Assembly: GCA_977018835.1 (NCBI GenBank)
Contig: OZ361256.1
Location: 2,418,001-2,482,000 of the forward strand
Direction of reading: 5' to 3'
Length of the DNA stretch: 64,000 nucleotides
From: Minutocellus sp. GHC0000111
Lineage: Eukaryota
The notes under the pieces are model-generated. The model was given only the letters and a program-made list of their open reading frames with translations. It did no database searches and had not been told where the DNA came from. The position numbers were made by a program, and so were the translations under genes. Within the stretch, counting starts at the first letter, position 1, and each line of letters starts with the position of its first letter. Shown here one piece after another: positions 1 to 11,969 of the stretch.

Positions 1-463
1 TATTTTGGATTGATTGATTATCGGTCGGGAAATAAATATAGAGCCAGACAGCAGCAGGCACGCAGATGATGATGACTGGCGGTAGTGTTGGTCTACTTTT
101 TCTCTTCCTTTCCAGAGCAGTGGGTCGCGGTATGTCCGTATCTTGACTTGTGAGATAACACATCATGTGTGCGATCGACGGACAGACATAGACTTATGGT
201 GACGGACAGACCCAAAGCACCTCTGCAAATCCATCCGATCCATCCACACAAGCCGCCGGCCCGCCACAAGTCAAGATCGATAAGAGCAAGAGGGCAGAAG
301 TCACCCAGCAAGTCGAAGTGATTGTGGAGGGAGCAGCAGCAGCAATATCAAACTTGCTCCTCTCTCGTCTCATTTTCTTCTCTGAAGTCATTGTCTTCCC
401 AACCTACCTTAACTTGACGCATATGCCGTACAGCCGCTCGAGAGCATTACCAATAATACCATC

Positions 464-3400
464 ATGATGTCTTCCACCTCCAGCACGACGGTGAGCATGC
501 GGACCCACCGCATCGGCGGTCCGCTCCTCGACTCGCTGCCTTCGAACGTTGGCAACTCCGGCTCTTCCACTGGCGGCGGAGGTCATCGCCGGCCGGTCAT
601 CACCCCTCCCGTTTCCACCGCGAGCGCTGCCGCCAATACTTCTACCAATAACGACGTCGCTGCAACCGCCGATGCCCGGCAGTACCTCCTCCTCCCCAGC
701 CGTCGCACCGTCGACGTCCTGAGCATGGAGAACGGCCGCGTCGTCGGCCGGCTGGCCGTGGCCTCCCCCAACGAGGACGACGGCACCGACGAGAGCGACG
801 TCGAGATCAATACCGTCTGCCTCGCCCGCGTCGTCGTCCTGTCCTCGTCATCCGACAATTCTGCCAGAAATGCCAATAAGAACAGTCAGGACAGCGATGA
901 GGACGATGATAGCTCTTCTGATGATGGCGACAGTGACGACAGTGACGATGACGATGCCAAGATGAAGGACGTGAGCGTCAACGACATTCTGTCCACCAAC
1001 CCCAACTCCGGTGAATCGCAGCAGAAAACCGAATGGGTCATCCTGGCGGGCTGTACCGATGGGACCGTCCGGGAGTGGAGTTTGCGGGAGGCGGTCCTCC
1101 GGAGCCATTTCGGCAGGGGTGGTGGCAGCAAGACCAACAGGAAGAAGCGGGGTGGTGGCGCCTCGGCGGGTCGGATCGGGGAGGACCACGCCCTCCAGCC
1201 TCGGAGGGTGCTGCCCATCGTCCTTGCCGGTACCGAGGACAAGGACAGGGATGGTGATGAGAATGACATTGTGGATGGCAGCAACGGTCGGGCCAATAAT
1301 GGCCAAAAGAGCAAGACCAAGAACATCAATGGCAAGAAGCACAAGAAGAGGCTGAACGGGGTGACCCATCTGTCCTGTCCTCCGACGGCATCGAACGTCG
1401 GTGCCCTCGTCGGTACGGCCTTTGCATTGGTCCAGGTCGATGAGGTCACCACCCGTCTTGTTCGAATTGGCATCCCTCCCTCGCCCCCGAAGAAGGCTGG
1501 TGGTGGCACTGCCGCTGCTGCTGCCTCGGCAGCCACGGCGGTTTCCTCCATCGTCGAGCTGGGCACCTTCTCCCTCAAGCGCAAGGGAGAGGCCAAGGTC
1601 GACCGGCGTCGCAAGAAGAAGGAGAAGAAGGCTGCTGCTGCCGCGGCTGCTGCTGAAGCTGCAGGTGGTGACGATACCGATGGGGAGATGGATGGTGACG
1701 GTGGTGGTACTCGCCGAAAGGTATTCAAGGTCCAAGCCCTTCCTTTTGACTTGCTCGCAACCATTTCTGGAAGTAGCGGTGACGAGGATGCGTCGGTCGT
1801 TGTCGTGACCAAGGCCGGCCTCGCCATTTACTGCGACAAGCTGGCGGCGACGTACGATGCTGAAGAGGGCACCGGTGCCTCCGCGAACACTCCCGAATCC
1901 CGCATCTTGTACTATCCCAAGACCCGGCACTACAACCGCATCGTGTCGGCGTGCGTGGCGCCCAATGGATCCGACGTGGCCGTTGGCTATGCCGAGGGAT
2001 TCATCGACATTTACGTCGGTATCTTGGACCTGGCCCGGTCCTATGTTTCGTCTCCTGATGGCAACCGAACGCTGGCCAACGTCATCATCCGATCGGTACA
2101 CTGGCATGCCCATGCGGTGGCTTCGCTGGCGTTCATGGGAGCAACGGCGGTCGGCTCTGGGTCGGGACAAGGTGGTGGTGGCACCGGCGGTGGTAGCAGT
2201 ACCGCTCCATCTCTCAATCTACTCTCGGGTGCCGAAGAAGCCGTCTTGGCGACTTGGAGTCTGGAACGAGGAACCAACCGACCCGTCCATACTCTCCCTC
2301 GCCTGGCCAAGGGCGGCATTGTCAACATTGTTGCCAACCCATATGTGCCATCGAATGTTGACATAGCCATTTATTGCACCGACAATTCTCTCCGATTGAT
2401 CAACGGATACAACTACTCGACGAAATGGAGAATTCAGGGACTTGCTGAAGCACCAGCCGAGCCGGCCAAGTCAGCGCTGGTGGTGTCCCCATCCCCAGCC
2501 TGCCCTGGAACAGTGCTGCTTCACGATCCTAGAACTCGCCTCCCGATCCTAACCAACCTCCCTGGAGCGCCAGGATCAATCCATTGGTATGATCCATCTT
2601 CACAGCGTGTCGTCGGAACTCTCGAAGTGGCACCCTACAATCGTATATCGCGAAGAAGTCCCGACGACCCTTCTGTTCCGGCGCCTCAGGTGACGCATCT
2701 TTGTCTGAGCGAGTCTGGTGATGATATGATAACTATCGATACCATTTTGACAGAGAACACAGGATCTGGCGGAGCCAGAAAAGTCCGGGCACAGGGGGGC
2801 ACTGGTTCGGAGGAGAACATGACCCTCTTTACCACCATCAAATTTTGGACTTGGTCCAAGGGAGCGGCCGGCAAAGCAGGATCAAGGAAGGATGGCAGTC
2901 TCGACATGCCCTACAAATTGATATCGGCCATGCCTTTGCCGCACGGGCTTGTCGGCGAGGTTTCTTCCTTGGCCATGACCTCAGATGGATCGAGGGCATG
3001 TACCCTCAGTCACGAAGAGGGTGCATTCCGCGTGTGGGCCAAAGGCAGAAATTACGAATCGGAGCACCCGTCGTCTGCTGAGCCACGAACTCCTCTATGG
3101 AAATGCCTTTACAAGATCACAACTCCAGCTGGATTTGCACGAGCGATGCCAAAGTCGCCATCTGTTCCAGGCCAACAGCTAGCATTTTCCTCCGACGGCT
3201 CCGTCTTAGCCGTATGCTACGGCGAGCACGTTTCTTTGTGGGATCATACCAATTCGGCATTGTTGACATCCGTCAAGAATGTTGAAAGCATTTGTGATGT
3301 TCAATTCACGCGCACCGGTGCCGACATGCTCTTGTTGCAAGGCAAGACGAGCGTCGCTTTACAAGCACCTTTCGGCAACAACAACAGAGCATATGCTGGA

Positions 3401-4042
3401 GGCTCGTGGTCGTATAGTCTCACCAGACAGGGCGATCTGGCAAATCTACCCGGAAAGGTGGATGTTTTGCATGCCGTTTCCATTGCTTCCAGGAAAGAAA
3501 TCGCTGTTGCGCTGTGGGAGAAGCCTTCAAACATTACAAGCGTGGTTGTTCTCGACGAGATCACCGGCGACGCCAAGACCAGCGGGGATGGGTCTCCTCT
3601 ATGCTGGAGAGTACCTGGCAAACTTGAGGCACTGTACGATGTTTCGCGCAATGATAGCCACAACGCCGAAGGCGCATCAAGGCTCGTCGCCCTCACCGAT
3701 AGGCACGAACTCCTCTCCCTCGAGTCCGTCGAAATTGCTGACGAAGAGGGCTTGTCATCGGAGAGGCCGGAATATGACCTCCGATCCAAGTCCGAAGCAT
3801 TTGGTGCGGTCGGCAATACTACGTCTGGCGCACCAACCTTGAATTCAATTGTCAGCACTAGCAACAAGAGACGAAAGAAGAACAAGGACTATAGCTTTGG
3901 TTTAAATCAAGATATTATCGCAAGGTTTGGCAATAACGATGACGGCTCTTCATCTAAGTCGGCTCCTCTCCCCAGCGCCGAGTTACCGACGCTCTCTGGT
4001 AACTTTGCTCGTGATTTCATTGGACGGTCCATGAGAAGATGA
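464..4042 (+). CDS. WDR75: WD40-repeat protein, WDR75/Utp17 (Nan1)-like t-UTP ribosome biogenesis factor
   Basis: Uninterrupted 1192-aa ORF with WD40-type repeats. The segment VHWHAHAVASLAF...LLSGAEEAVLATW...PRLAKGGI resembles the WDR75/Utp17 HWH...LLSGG.E.VLV.W..LPRL signature. Acidic and Lys-rich insertions are present. Confidence 0.75.
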   Translation: MMSSTSSTTVSMRTHRIGGPLLDSLPSNVGNSGSSTGGGGHRRPVITPPVSTASAAANTSTNNDVAATADARQYLLLPSRRTVDVLSMENGRVVGRLAVASPNEDDGTDESDVEINTVCLARVVVLSSSSDNSARNANKNSQDSDEDDDSSSDDGDSDDSDDDDAKMKDVSVNDILSTNPNSGESQQKTEWVILAGCTDGTVREWSLREAVLRSHFGRGGGSKTNRKKRGGGASAGRIGEDHALQPRRVLPIVLAGTEDKDRDGDENDIVDGSNGRANNGQKSKTKNINGKKHKKRLNGVTHLSCPPTASNVGALVGTAFALVQVDEVTTRLVRIGIPPSPPKKAGGGTAAAAASAATAVSSIVELGTFSLKRKGEAKVDRRRKKKEKKAAAAAAAAEAAGGDDTDGEMDGDGGGTRRKVFKVQALPFDLLATISGSSGDEDASVVVVTKAGLAIYCDKLAATYDAEEGTGASANTPESRILYYPKTRHYNRIVSACVAPNGSDVAVGYAEGFIDIYVGILDLARSYVSSPDGNRTLANVIIRSVHWHAHAVASLAFMGATAVGSGSGQGGGGTGGGSSTAPSLNLLSGAEEAVLATWSLERGTNRPVHTLPRLAKGGIVNIVANPYVPSNVDIAIYCTDNSLRLINGYNYSTKWRIQGLAEAPAEPAKSALVVSPSPACPGTVLLHDPRTRLPILTNLPGAPGSIHWYDPSSQRVVGTLEVAPYNRISRRSPDDPSVPAPQVTHLCLSESGDDMITIDTILTENTGSGGARKVRAQGGTGSEENMTLFTTIKFWTWSKGAAGKAGSRKDGSLDMPYKLISAMPLPHGLVGEVSSLAMTSDGSRACTLSHEEGAFRVWAKGRNYESEHPSSAEPRTPLWKCLYKITTPAGFARAMPKSPSVPGQQLAFSSDGSVLAVCYGEHVSLWDHTNSALLTSVKNVESICDVQFTRTGADMLLLQGKTSVALQAPFGNNNRAYAGGSWSYSLTRQGDLANLPGKVDVLHAVSIASRKEIAVALWEKPSNITSVVVLDEITGDAKTSGDGSPLCWRVPGKLEALYDVSRNDSHNAEGASRLVALTDRHELLSLESVEIADEEGLSSERPEYDLRSKSEAFGAVGNTTSGAPTLNSIVSTSNKRRKKNKDYSFGLNQDIIARFGNNDDGSSSKSAPLPSAELPTLSGNFARDFIGRSMRR

Positions 4043-4195
4043 GACCTCCGAAACAGTATGGGCGATAGCATAACACATTCATTGAGTTGTAAAGTAGCAA
4101 ATGGTTCAATACTAGTAGACTTCTAACTACATAGCTAGTGTTGCTTTATTTCGTATGGTATAGAAGAGACAAAACCAGAAAACGGACACAGACGC

Positions 4196-6968
4196 TCAGG
4201 ATTCGATCAAATCAAGAAACATGTGCCCGGTCTCAGGATCGCGATTCCGTAATTGAGCTTTGTAGTTCAGTCCATCGAGGATGGCATCGACAGCTTTGGC
4301 CGAATCGGTGGTGACCTTCCATTCATTTCTTGCACCGCGTCGCACCTCAATAATCACCTCGAAAGTTGGCTCGGCACTCCGTTGGGCCTTCGTCTTGGAC
4401 ACCGAAAAGGAGACGCCTCCCTTATCTCCATTCTGATCGGCGGCCGCCTTTTCCTTTCGCTTGGCTTCCTCCTTGGCCATGACATCGCCCATGGTGACGA
4501 CTTCCACACCACCAACGAGACCCCGCAGGTCTTTGTTCTTGAGAAGCTTGCGAAGATCACCGTGGGCAGAAGCAATCATGCGAACCCCTCTCTGTTTGAC
4601 CGTGCGGGCTACCATAACCTCCTTCGGTCGTCCAATCTCGTCAATTACCGTCGTGTTCGGGGTATGATTCTGGACTGCTTCCACCATCACATCGCTCTGC
4701 TTGTCAAGTGACGGGACCATCATGCGCCTAGCGAGGCCAATGCACTTATGGGGCACGTTGCCGTCCTGTGGATCGGGGAAAATGGGGAAAAGAGAAAGCA
4801 AAGTTAGAATGCATGCACCTCTATAAAAACTGATGAATATGCCTATAAGAATCAACTCACGCCTGCAATCTCATTAGATGTATCGACCACGATCACGTTC
4901 GTGGACTCCGCAAGCTTCCGCGTCGCCTCACGGATTATCGTAGATTTTCCACTGCCTGAAGATAAAAATGCAAAAAGGTTGAAACGACAAATAAACAAAT
5001 TCAGTTGTTCCAAGTAAAGGAAATATAGGAAAGACCCTAGTATCTAGATCAATACCGGTAAATTCGTGCCTTACCTGGTTCGCCGAGGATCAATATCGAT
5101 TTATCTGTGCCCATGAGTAGATCCATAAGCATGGCGGCGTTACCGACCACATTTCGACCAATGCGGATGGTGATACCAGCGATGTCTCCTTCACGATTTC
5201 TCATGGCGGAGAAACGATGCAGTTTGCCATTGAGCCCGGCGCGATTGTCACTGCCGAACCTACCAAGCCGATTTGCGACATGATTGAGATCCGCCTCGGA
5301 CACCAGTTCTGATTCGTCGTCGCAGAGAAAAACACGCTCCTCGTTGACCCAACACTGTGGACGGCGACCAGTGTCGAGGACGATATCACTCAATCTATCG
5401 AGCGATATGGCATCTTGTGCGGTCTCATTCTTCAGGGAACGATCCTCATCCTCAGAGTTGTTGGGCAAAACGGGAAGGAATCCAAAGAGTAATTCGCTTC
5501 CTCTCTTCTTTGAGGGTTCCAAGCGATCTCGGTATTTTTCCAGCAAGAGCGAAATGACATCGTCTGTCTCACTCTCAACGACCAGACGCTCACCGAAGTA
5601 ACCATCATCGGGGCGGATAGCTCGAAGCAAATCGGCGCTGGCAATTCTATAGTCATCATTTAGATCAAACGCAATCGCCCTGGCCCCTCCATTGGCCATT
5701 GCTGTAGCGGCTCTGGAGTCAGAGGCCTGGACTAGGTCGTTGAGCATCTTGCCATCCAACATCTCTTGCAGGGGAGTCACCGCCCTGATGAGTAGGCCGA
5801 CATCCCATGCGGAATACTCCAGCAGGGTCTTTGCAATCGGCCGTTGCGCGAACAGATCTACCCCCGACCTCATACGTGCATGAGTGAATTCCTTCGACGG
5901 GTGCTGCGGCAACTCAAGTTTCTTCAAGAAGGCGTTCATCCCCAGGAAGATCTCGCCAAAGACTTGCTCGCCGACGAGTTGAGTATCCAAAGTTCCGCAC
6001 AAGGTGATTGATCCAAACTTATCTAGTGCAACGGCATCCTTGTGGAGGTCATGCATTAGCTTGATATAAGCGCGTGATGTTAGCAGTGGCTCAAGGGCTT
6101 CACAAACGGTTGTTTCCCCGATTAATTTTGCATCGAAAATGTAGACACCCTGCTCGGTGGCAACTTGCAGTAGTTCCAAGGACTCGGGAACTCCTTCGCA
6201 ATCGATCGCTACGAATTGAATATCATCCATCCCCGAAGCTTGCAGTGCCAGGTCGGACAAAATGCACCTCTCCATGGCTTCCACATCGGCAACATAAATG
6301 CATCTTACTTCCTCCGACGGACTGCCGGGCACTTTGAGCTTCCAAGCCTTGTTCTTGCTCTTGCTCCCCCCTATGCCATCCAACAGAGATAGCATGGAGC
6401 CAGAGGTCGGGAACGGAGAGGCACGGGCATCAGAAAGAGCATCGGCACTAGTATCAGTACTGGCACCCAGTTTCAGTGACTTGATCGTGGTCGGCATCTG
6501 ATTGATACAATCCTGAATCTTGGCAATGTTCCAGACCAGCTTGCTATTCGACTTCTTCAAATAGCCCTGGGCTACCAGAGGGTTGTAGGCCTCGTGTTTG
6601 GCAAATTCCCGGTCCAGACCAGTGTACCCTTCGAATTCCGAAATGAATTGATTCAACGAATTTGGCCACACTCGGCTGGCGGCATAATTGCGATGGATGG
6701 TAAAAAGCGATCGGAACATTGGCCAGAGCGCTTGGTTGTCAAAGGCATGATCCTGACGCGTCACGAGATGGACCATGAAGGACTGACCATTTTTAATCTG
6801 CACTGCCTTGAGTGCAAACTTATCGGGATAACGCTGCAGGATCACCTTGAGCTTTCCCTTGGCCACAGCTGTCTTCTTTGCTCTCGACCTTTGGCCCAGT
6901 TCCATTATGTTCAGAGCACCACCATCCTCCCGAAGGATGTCCGCAAGGATCGCAACGTACTCGTCCAT
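4196..6968 (-). CDS. Fusion protein: N-terminal winged-helix-like segment + DEDDy 3'-5' exonuclease (EXD1/Egalitarian-like) + Ycf45/SpoIIIAA-type AAA ATPase; 3 exons
   Basis: Exonuclease motifs VAIDCEG, MHDLHKD and EYSAWDV. GT-AG introns at 5074-4956 and 4860-4766 join in frame to give Walker A GEPGSGKS, the Ycf45-type VVDTSNEIAGDGNVPH motif and Walker B VIDEIG. Probable start MDEYVAIL at 6968. Confidence 0.8.
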
Positions 6969-7216
6969 TGTTGCTTTAGAATTGTTGATGTGCGCCGGTA
7001 CGATCGATCCCACTAATTGGGACAGGAGGCAGATACACCAACCGAGAGGAATAGAGTCAATATGGGAGCGGTGGTTAATGCAAGCGGCAGCGGTGACCTC
7101 GGTATCGCAGGAGGCAAAACCAATTGGACGAAACGAAAGTGTAGCAGCAATGACTGCAATCTCGAGCGATCGCGCCACGAAAATGAGGCGTCTTGCCGTC
7201 TTGCCGTCGCTTGAGC

Positions 7217-8350
7217 ATGAGTGATCCTATGACGATTGCGGGGAATCTCACCAGCAAAGATCTTTCCCAACTCCCAACTTCACACATCAACATGCCAACA
7301 ACAATGAACGCAAACGGAGACAGTAAGATATCGAGCGTACTGCTCTTCCTCCTCTCATATCCCTTTGCAAATAAAGTTAACAAGAAGCTCAATGCGGTGG
7401 GCATATCTTCACTACCAGCGGCCATAAAGACTTATCGAACGATCAGCGCAGACGACATCAAGAAAGATGTGAAGCGCAAGATGTATGCATATCTGGTCAG
7501 TTTGTTCCACTCCTCGGCTGTGATTTCTGGTTTATTTGGGAGATATCCTCGGCTGATCCAAGCCCATGCCATTGTCGGTATTGGAGCTGCCGTAAAGGAC
7601 TCGATATTGCTTCGAAGGCAAAAGGAAGAAGAGGCAAGGCTCGAGGCGGAAAGGAGGGCGGCTGAAAAGGCGAGAGGCGGCAGTATGACCAGGTGGGTAA
7701 AGGGTTGGATGTTTGGCTCGTCGCCTTCGTCGGTTGGCGACAACGATGATACCAGCAGCCATGATGGCAACGCCGAAGATGACGCAAAAGGAGATCAAGA
7801 TGGGTCATCGGAGAGCGAAGTGAATCAGCAGGCAATATCTTCATCACAAACTCAGGTCCAAGATGGATTGTTGGATAGCGCATCAAGAAAAGAGGAGAAG
7901 AAGAATCTGCGGAAAAGATTTGGATTCGGTAAGAAGAAAGACGAGACCAAAAGCGAAGTCGTAACGTCTTCACCTGCTCCTTCGACCACAAAATCGCAGC
8001 CCGAAAAGAAAAAAACACCAAAGCCAAAGGGCTACAAAACAGCAAAGGCACAAAGTGCGGTGAAACGAACCAAGTCCATTATCAAAGGGAAGCGAGATAG
8101 TGCGACAGATGATATTATCTGGGGCGTGTTTCAGAGCTCTTTCGTGCTATTGGATCAGACGATTGGCAAGGCATTGGCCTATGCATGGCTTCTATTCTTG
8201 CTGACCATTCTCGAGGAGGCGATTCTCAATCCAAAGCTGAATAAAGAACAGCGGATGAAGCGTCTTGGGTGGATCGTCATCACTGGCTATTTCAGTGGAA
8301 GGCTTGTGTTGCCGGACTGGAATGCTATAGCAGGGGAAAATACTACGTAG
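7217..8350 (+). CDS. Hypothetical membrane protein
   Basis: ORF of about 377 aa with hydrophobic N- and C-terminal segments and a Lys/Ser-rich low-complexity middle. It is divergent from the exonuclease gene across about 250 bp. Confidence 0.55.
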   Translation: MSDPMTIAGNLTSKDLSQLPTSHINMPTTMNANGDSKISSVLLFLLSYPFANKVNKKLNAVGISSLPAAIKTYRTISADDIKKDVKRKMYAYLVSLFHSSAVISGLFGRYPRLIQAHAIVGIGAAVKDSILLRRQKEEEARLEAERRAAEKARGGSMTRWVKGWMFGSSPSSVGDNDDTSSHDGNAEDDAKGDQDGSSESEVNQQAISSSQTQVQDGLLDSASRKEEKKNLRKRFGFGKKKDETKSEVVTSSPAPSTTKSQPEKKKTPKPKGYKTAKAQSAVKRTKSIIKGKRDSATDDIIWGVFQSSFVLLDQTIGKALAYAWLLFLLTILEEAILNPKLNKEQRMKRLGWIVITGYFSGRLVLPDWNAIAGENTT

Positions 8351-8489
8351 TAGAGCAGAATTCTAGATTCTGCTACGTAATCCTATTAGAAGATCTAGAG
8401 AAGCAGAGAGAAAAAATCTAATGTCATGCGATTCTAACAACATATTCATGTACAGCTGTAGTGACATACAACATCGCATAGAAATAATT

Positions 8490-11191
8490 TTAATAGCCAC
8501 CCCCAAAGAATGATTTGAACCTCCCAGCTGTGCCCTTATTCGTGGCAGAGTCTGGAGTTGATGGTGCATGACGGGCCGGAGAGGCGTGGTGGCCTGCCAT
8601 TTCGCCATCAACACCTGCCGCCGCCTCACAGTCATCATACAGCGCCAGAATATCTTCAACCAGACGAACATCTCTGCATCTCTCTTGGACCATGTTGATG
8701 ATGCCATTCATCGTCTTTTGGTATTGCAGGCGCGACTGGACCTCAGCCACATACGATGCACTTTTCATCTGTAGCTCTTCCTTCGCTTCAACCTGAGCAA
8801 GATTGAGTTTGTGCGCAACCTTCCTGTATTTATCGAGCTCCGTCATCAGCTTAGTATTGGTCTTGTTGAGCTGCTTGGCATGCTGGTTCAGGGCAGCAAA
8901 TGATGCACCAGCGGAGGCATTTGCATCCATCAGCCGCTGGTTGTTCTCTTTCAATAGATCAAAGTCTGCTCGAAGCTGAGCGTTCTGACCACGGAGCTTG
9001 AACACTTCCTTGCGTAAATACTCAAGCATCTTACCGCTTTCGTCCATAAGGATTTGCTGCTGTTCTGTGAGCTGACCAGGTTGTGGTGGAGGTGCCTCGG
9101 CCTCAACGGCCTTTGCTGGCTCAGGAGCAGCAGGAGCTGCTTCTTGCGGCCGGTCTCGGTAGACAATGACCTCCTTCTCCTTGGTGCTGGCACTTTCCGA
9201 GGCAGCTTCGGCGGCCTTCTTCTCGGCATCGATACGCTTGGCTTCGGCCTCTTCCAGCTTTCGCTGCAAGGATTTGAGCTGGTTCTCAAGCTTCGCCTCC
9301 TCAATGGCCTCGGCAAGCTCCTTGCGGTAGATTGGGCGCTGGATGGCTCCACGCATTTGAGCCTGGATCTTGATACTAGCCTCTCGGCTTCTCTTCAGCG
9401 AGGCCGTTGCGACTGCCATTCTCCAGTGAGTCTGAATCATTGTCGCGCGATAATTCTCTCTCAGTTTCTTCAATTCCGCTCGAGCTTCGACCTGCCTTCT
9501 CCAGCATTGCAACGTAATACACGCTAAACGCGCCTCGTTGTATCGCCGCTGAGCCGCATGGGCACGTAATCGCGCCTGTACCTTGATGGATGATAACTTC
9601 CACTTGGCATACATTGAACGAGACTGATAACCTCGGATCTGTGCCTGAATGACTGTGGCGTACATTCCGAACGCCTTGACTCTTTCATTTTCCAGATGTT
9701 CCAAAGAACCGGCTCTAAAGTAGGTCCGCGTCTTACCCGCCACGAATGGTGCCTTGCCCAGAGAACCATCATCATTGGTTGGAGTCGGCAGTAGATCTAT
9801 CAAGAGTCGGCTGGCCTCTGGCTGATATGTTAGCCCACCCTCTCCGTTGTCAATAGCTTCAGGCTTGAATCCCCTTAGCAACGCCGAGAAGCGATTCAGA
9901 ACCTCCTCATGCTCAAAACGATTGGGGAATGCCGAGCGTGAAATGGTAACGGCCGCAACGACACCGGCACATCGAAGCTGATCGACGGTCGATAGATGCT
10001 CCATCACCTTTGGCTTCTTTTGTGTGTTGGGCTTAATGCATCGAATGTATCGGGTTCGCGTCTCGCCGATGTTCTTCATGAGATCACCGAGCTGATTGCG
10101 GAACTTTGACCACACAGTGTTTGCTGCGAGGCCACCACTCTTTCGCCCCCTGGCAGAAGATTTGGCCTTTGCGTTCTTATCGGCATCCTTCGACTCGCCC
10201 AATGCCTTCACAAGGTCGTTGGTACACTTCTTGGAACACTCTGCAAGATCCACGGGTAGGGCGTCAGTATTCTTTGAGACAAAGTTGGTCGCATCGTAGT
10301 CTACCTGGCCGGCGTAGTGCTTGATGCCAAACTGATAGTCGCGGAAAAAGTTATCCTTGACCAAGACATCGGAATCTCCATTGACGGAGTAGACCTTGTT
10401 GACAAAGGCCGAGTCTGAACCCGTGGGACGGATGCATTCCTCATTGAGCACATTGATAAGTCCCATGCGACCTTCAATAAGCTCCAGCACGGCTGTGTTA
10501 TCCGGATACTCAATCTCGCCCACTTCAATGCCCTCATACTCGTATTCTTCTTGGACCGACCGGAAGATATCGAGAGTAAACTTTTGCTGCAGCTTCTCGT
10601 TCGCATAATTGATACAGAGCTGCTCAAATCTGTTGACCACAAACGATTCAAATCCAAAGATATCGAGGAGGCCGATGTGGCTGATTTCTTTTGGGGTGAG
10701 AGTGCGGTCGTAATTTTTCTCGGCGCAAGTTGCATCGTTGATGGTGCTGACGAGCCAGTCAAAGGTTTGAGAGTAGATTTCCTTCGCAAATGCATTGGTC
10801 GAATCCCGAGCCTTGACGACGTCTAGCGGGACGGTGAACTTTTCATTCCGAGCCTCGACCGTTCGCTGGAGCAGAGCCTTCTTGACATCGTCCGTTTCCA
10901 CACCCATCAAACTCGCTAACTTGACCAGCTCTTCATCGCTCGTAATGATGGAACTCTCCTCGTTTTCAGGACAAAGGTCAGATTGCCAAGCTGAAGCACC
11001 ATGCAGATTGATCGCATGAGATTGCGGAGCTTATCATCCTTGACTCCGTTGGCATCATCGTGAGAAACCAGCTTGGCGGGCAACCAGCCATGCTCGTCGG
11101 ACTTGATGTAAACGCGGTTGGACGTTTGGTCGGCCTTGGCATTTCCAGCATTGCCGCTGCCCGAGGCCGGTATTGCTGTCGAGGATGACAT
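8490..11191 (-). pseudogene. Diatom-type myosin heavy chain (motor, IQ repeats, coiled coil) lacking the P-loop/switch-I part of the motor; frameshift near 10971
   Basis: Switch II GLLDIFGFESF, FEQLCINYANEKLQQKF, RYIRCIKPN, QLRCAGV, several IQ motifs and a coiled-coil tail are present. The N-terminal RVYIKSDEHGWLPA is joined directly to VKDDKLRNLMRSICMVLQLGNL, with no GESGAGKT or NSSRFG in between. The frame shifts at TTT-GT-CCT-GAA. Confidence 0.85.
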
Positions 11192-11969
11192 GCCTCGACT
11201 GTTTTGGGTACCTTGCTTCAAGAAGTGAGAAAACGAGCCAAAGTTCTTCCTCGCGCAACTTCAAGAATGACACCCAAACTGCGACGGCAACGACGATGTG
11301 TTGCGACAGCAAGGCAGATTTTTATTTTCACGCCAATTCAGATACTCTAGTCTACGTAGCTAGGTGCTCACATAAATCTCTTGAAGCGTCGGTCACGTGA
11401 GTATGGCAAATAGCGCGCAGCAAGTGCAGTCAACGTGGAGGCCCTTTGGCGGTACGCGTGTAGTCACCTCGCAAGACGCTCGGTCATGGTGCTTTCACCT
11501 GCGTTTCGCTTGGTTGCTTTTCTCTGATAGGATTGATTTCTTTTCCACGCAAAATCGACGTCATTTCTTGGTCTGTCCCTCATCAGTCATTTTCAACCAC
11601 GACGGCTCTCGTTCGTCGAAATCGCATCGTCGGCATTCATTCCTCCTCGGCCGCTCGTGCGTGTGCCACCATCCAAAGGCACTATCAGACAGAGATCAAT
11701 CAACTGGACCGACGCTGCCATCACCCTTCGACGGATCTGTGATCACTTCTTTTCGTTGTGTCGGTGAGCGAATTTTATTTTCAATTCATTCGCGCCGTAT
11801 CTTTTTGACTCCCCAAAAGTGGCACATACGTACCCCTCAGCCAATCCCATCCCAACCGCACCGTCCGAGGGAACCGCTCCATCATAGATAGATACCACCT
11901 ACCTGACCACTGTTCCAGTCTTACTCTCCGTTATTTGTTTACATTTGCTTCAGAAAAAATACCATCACC

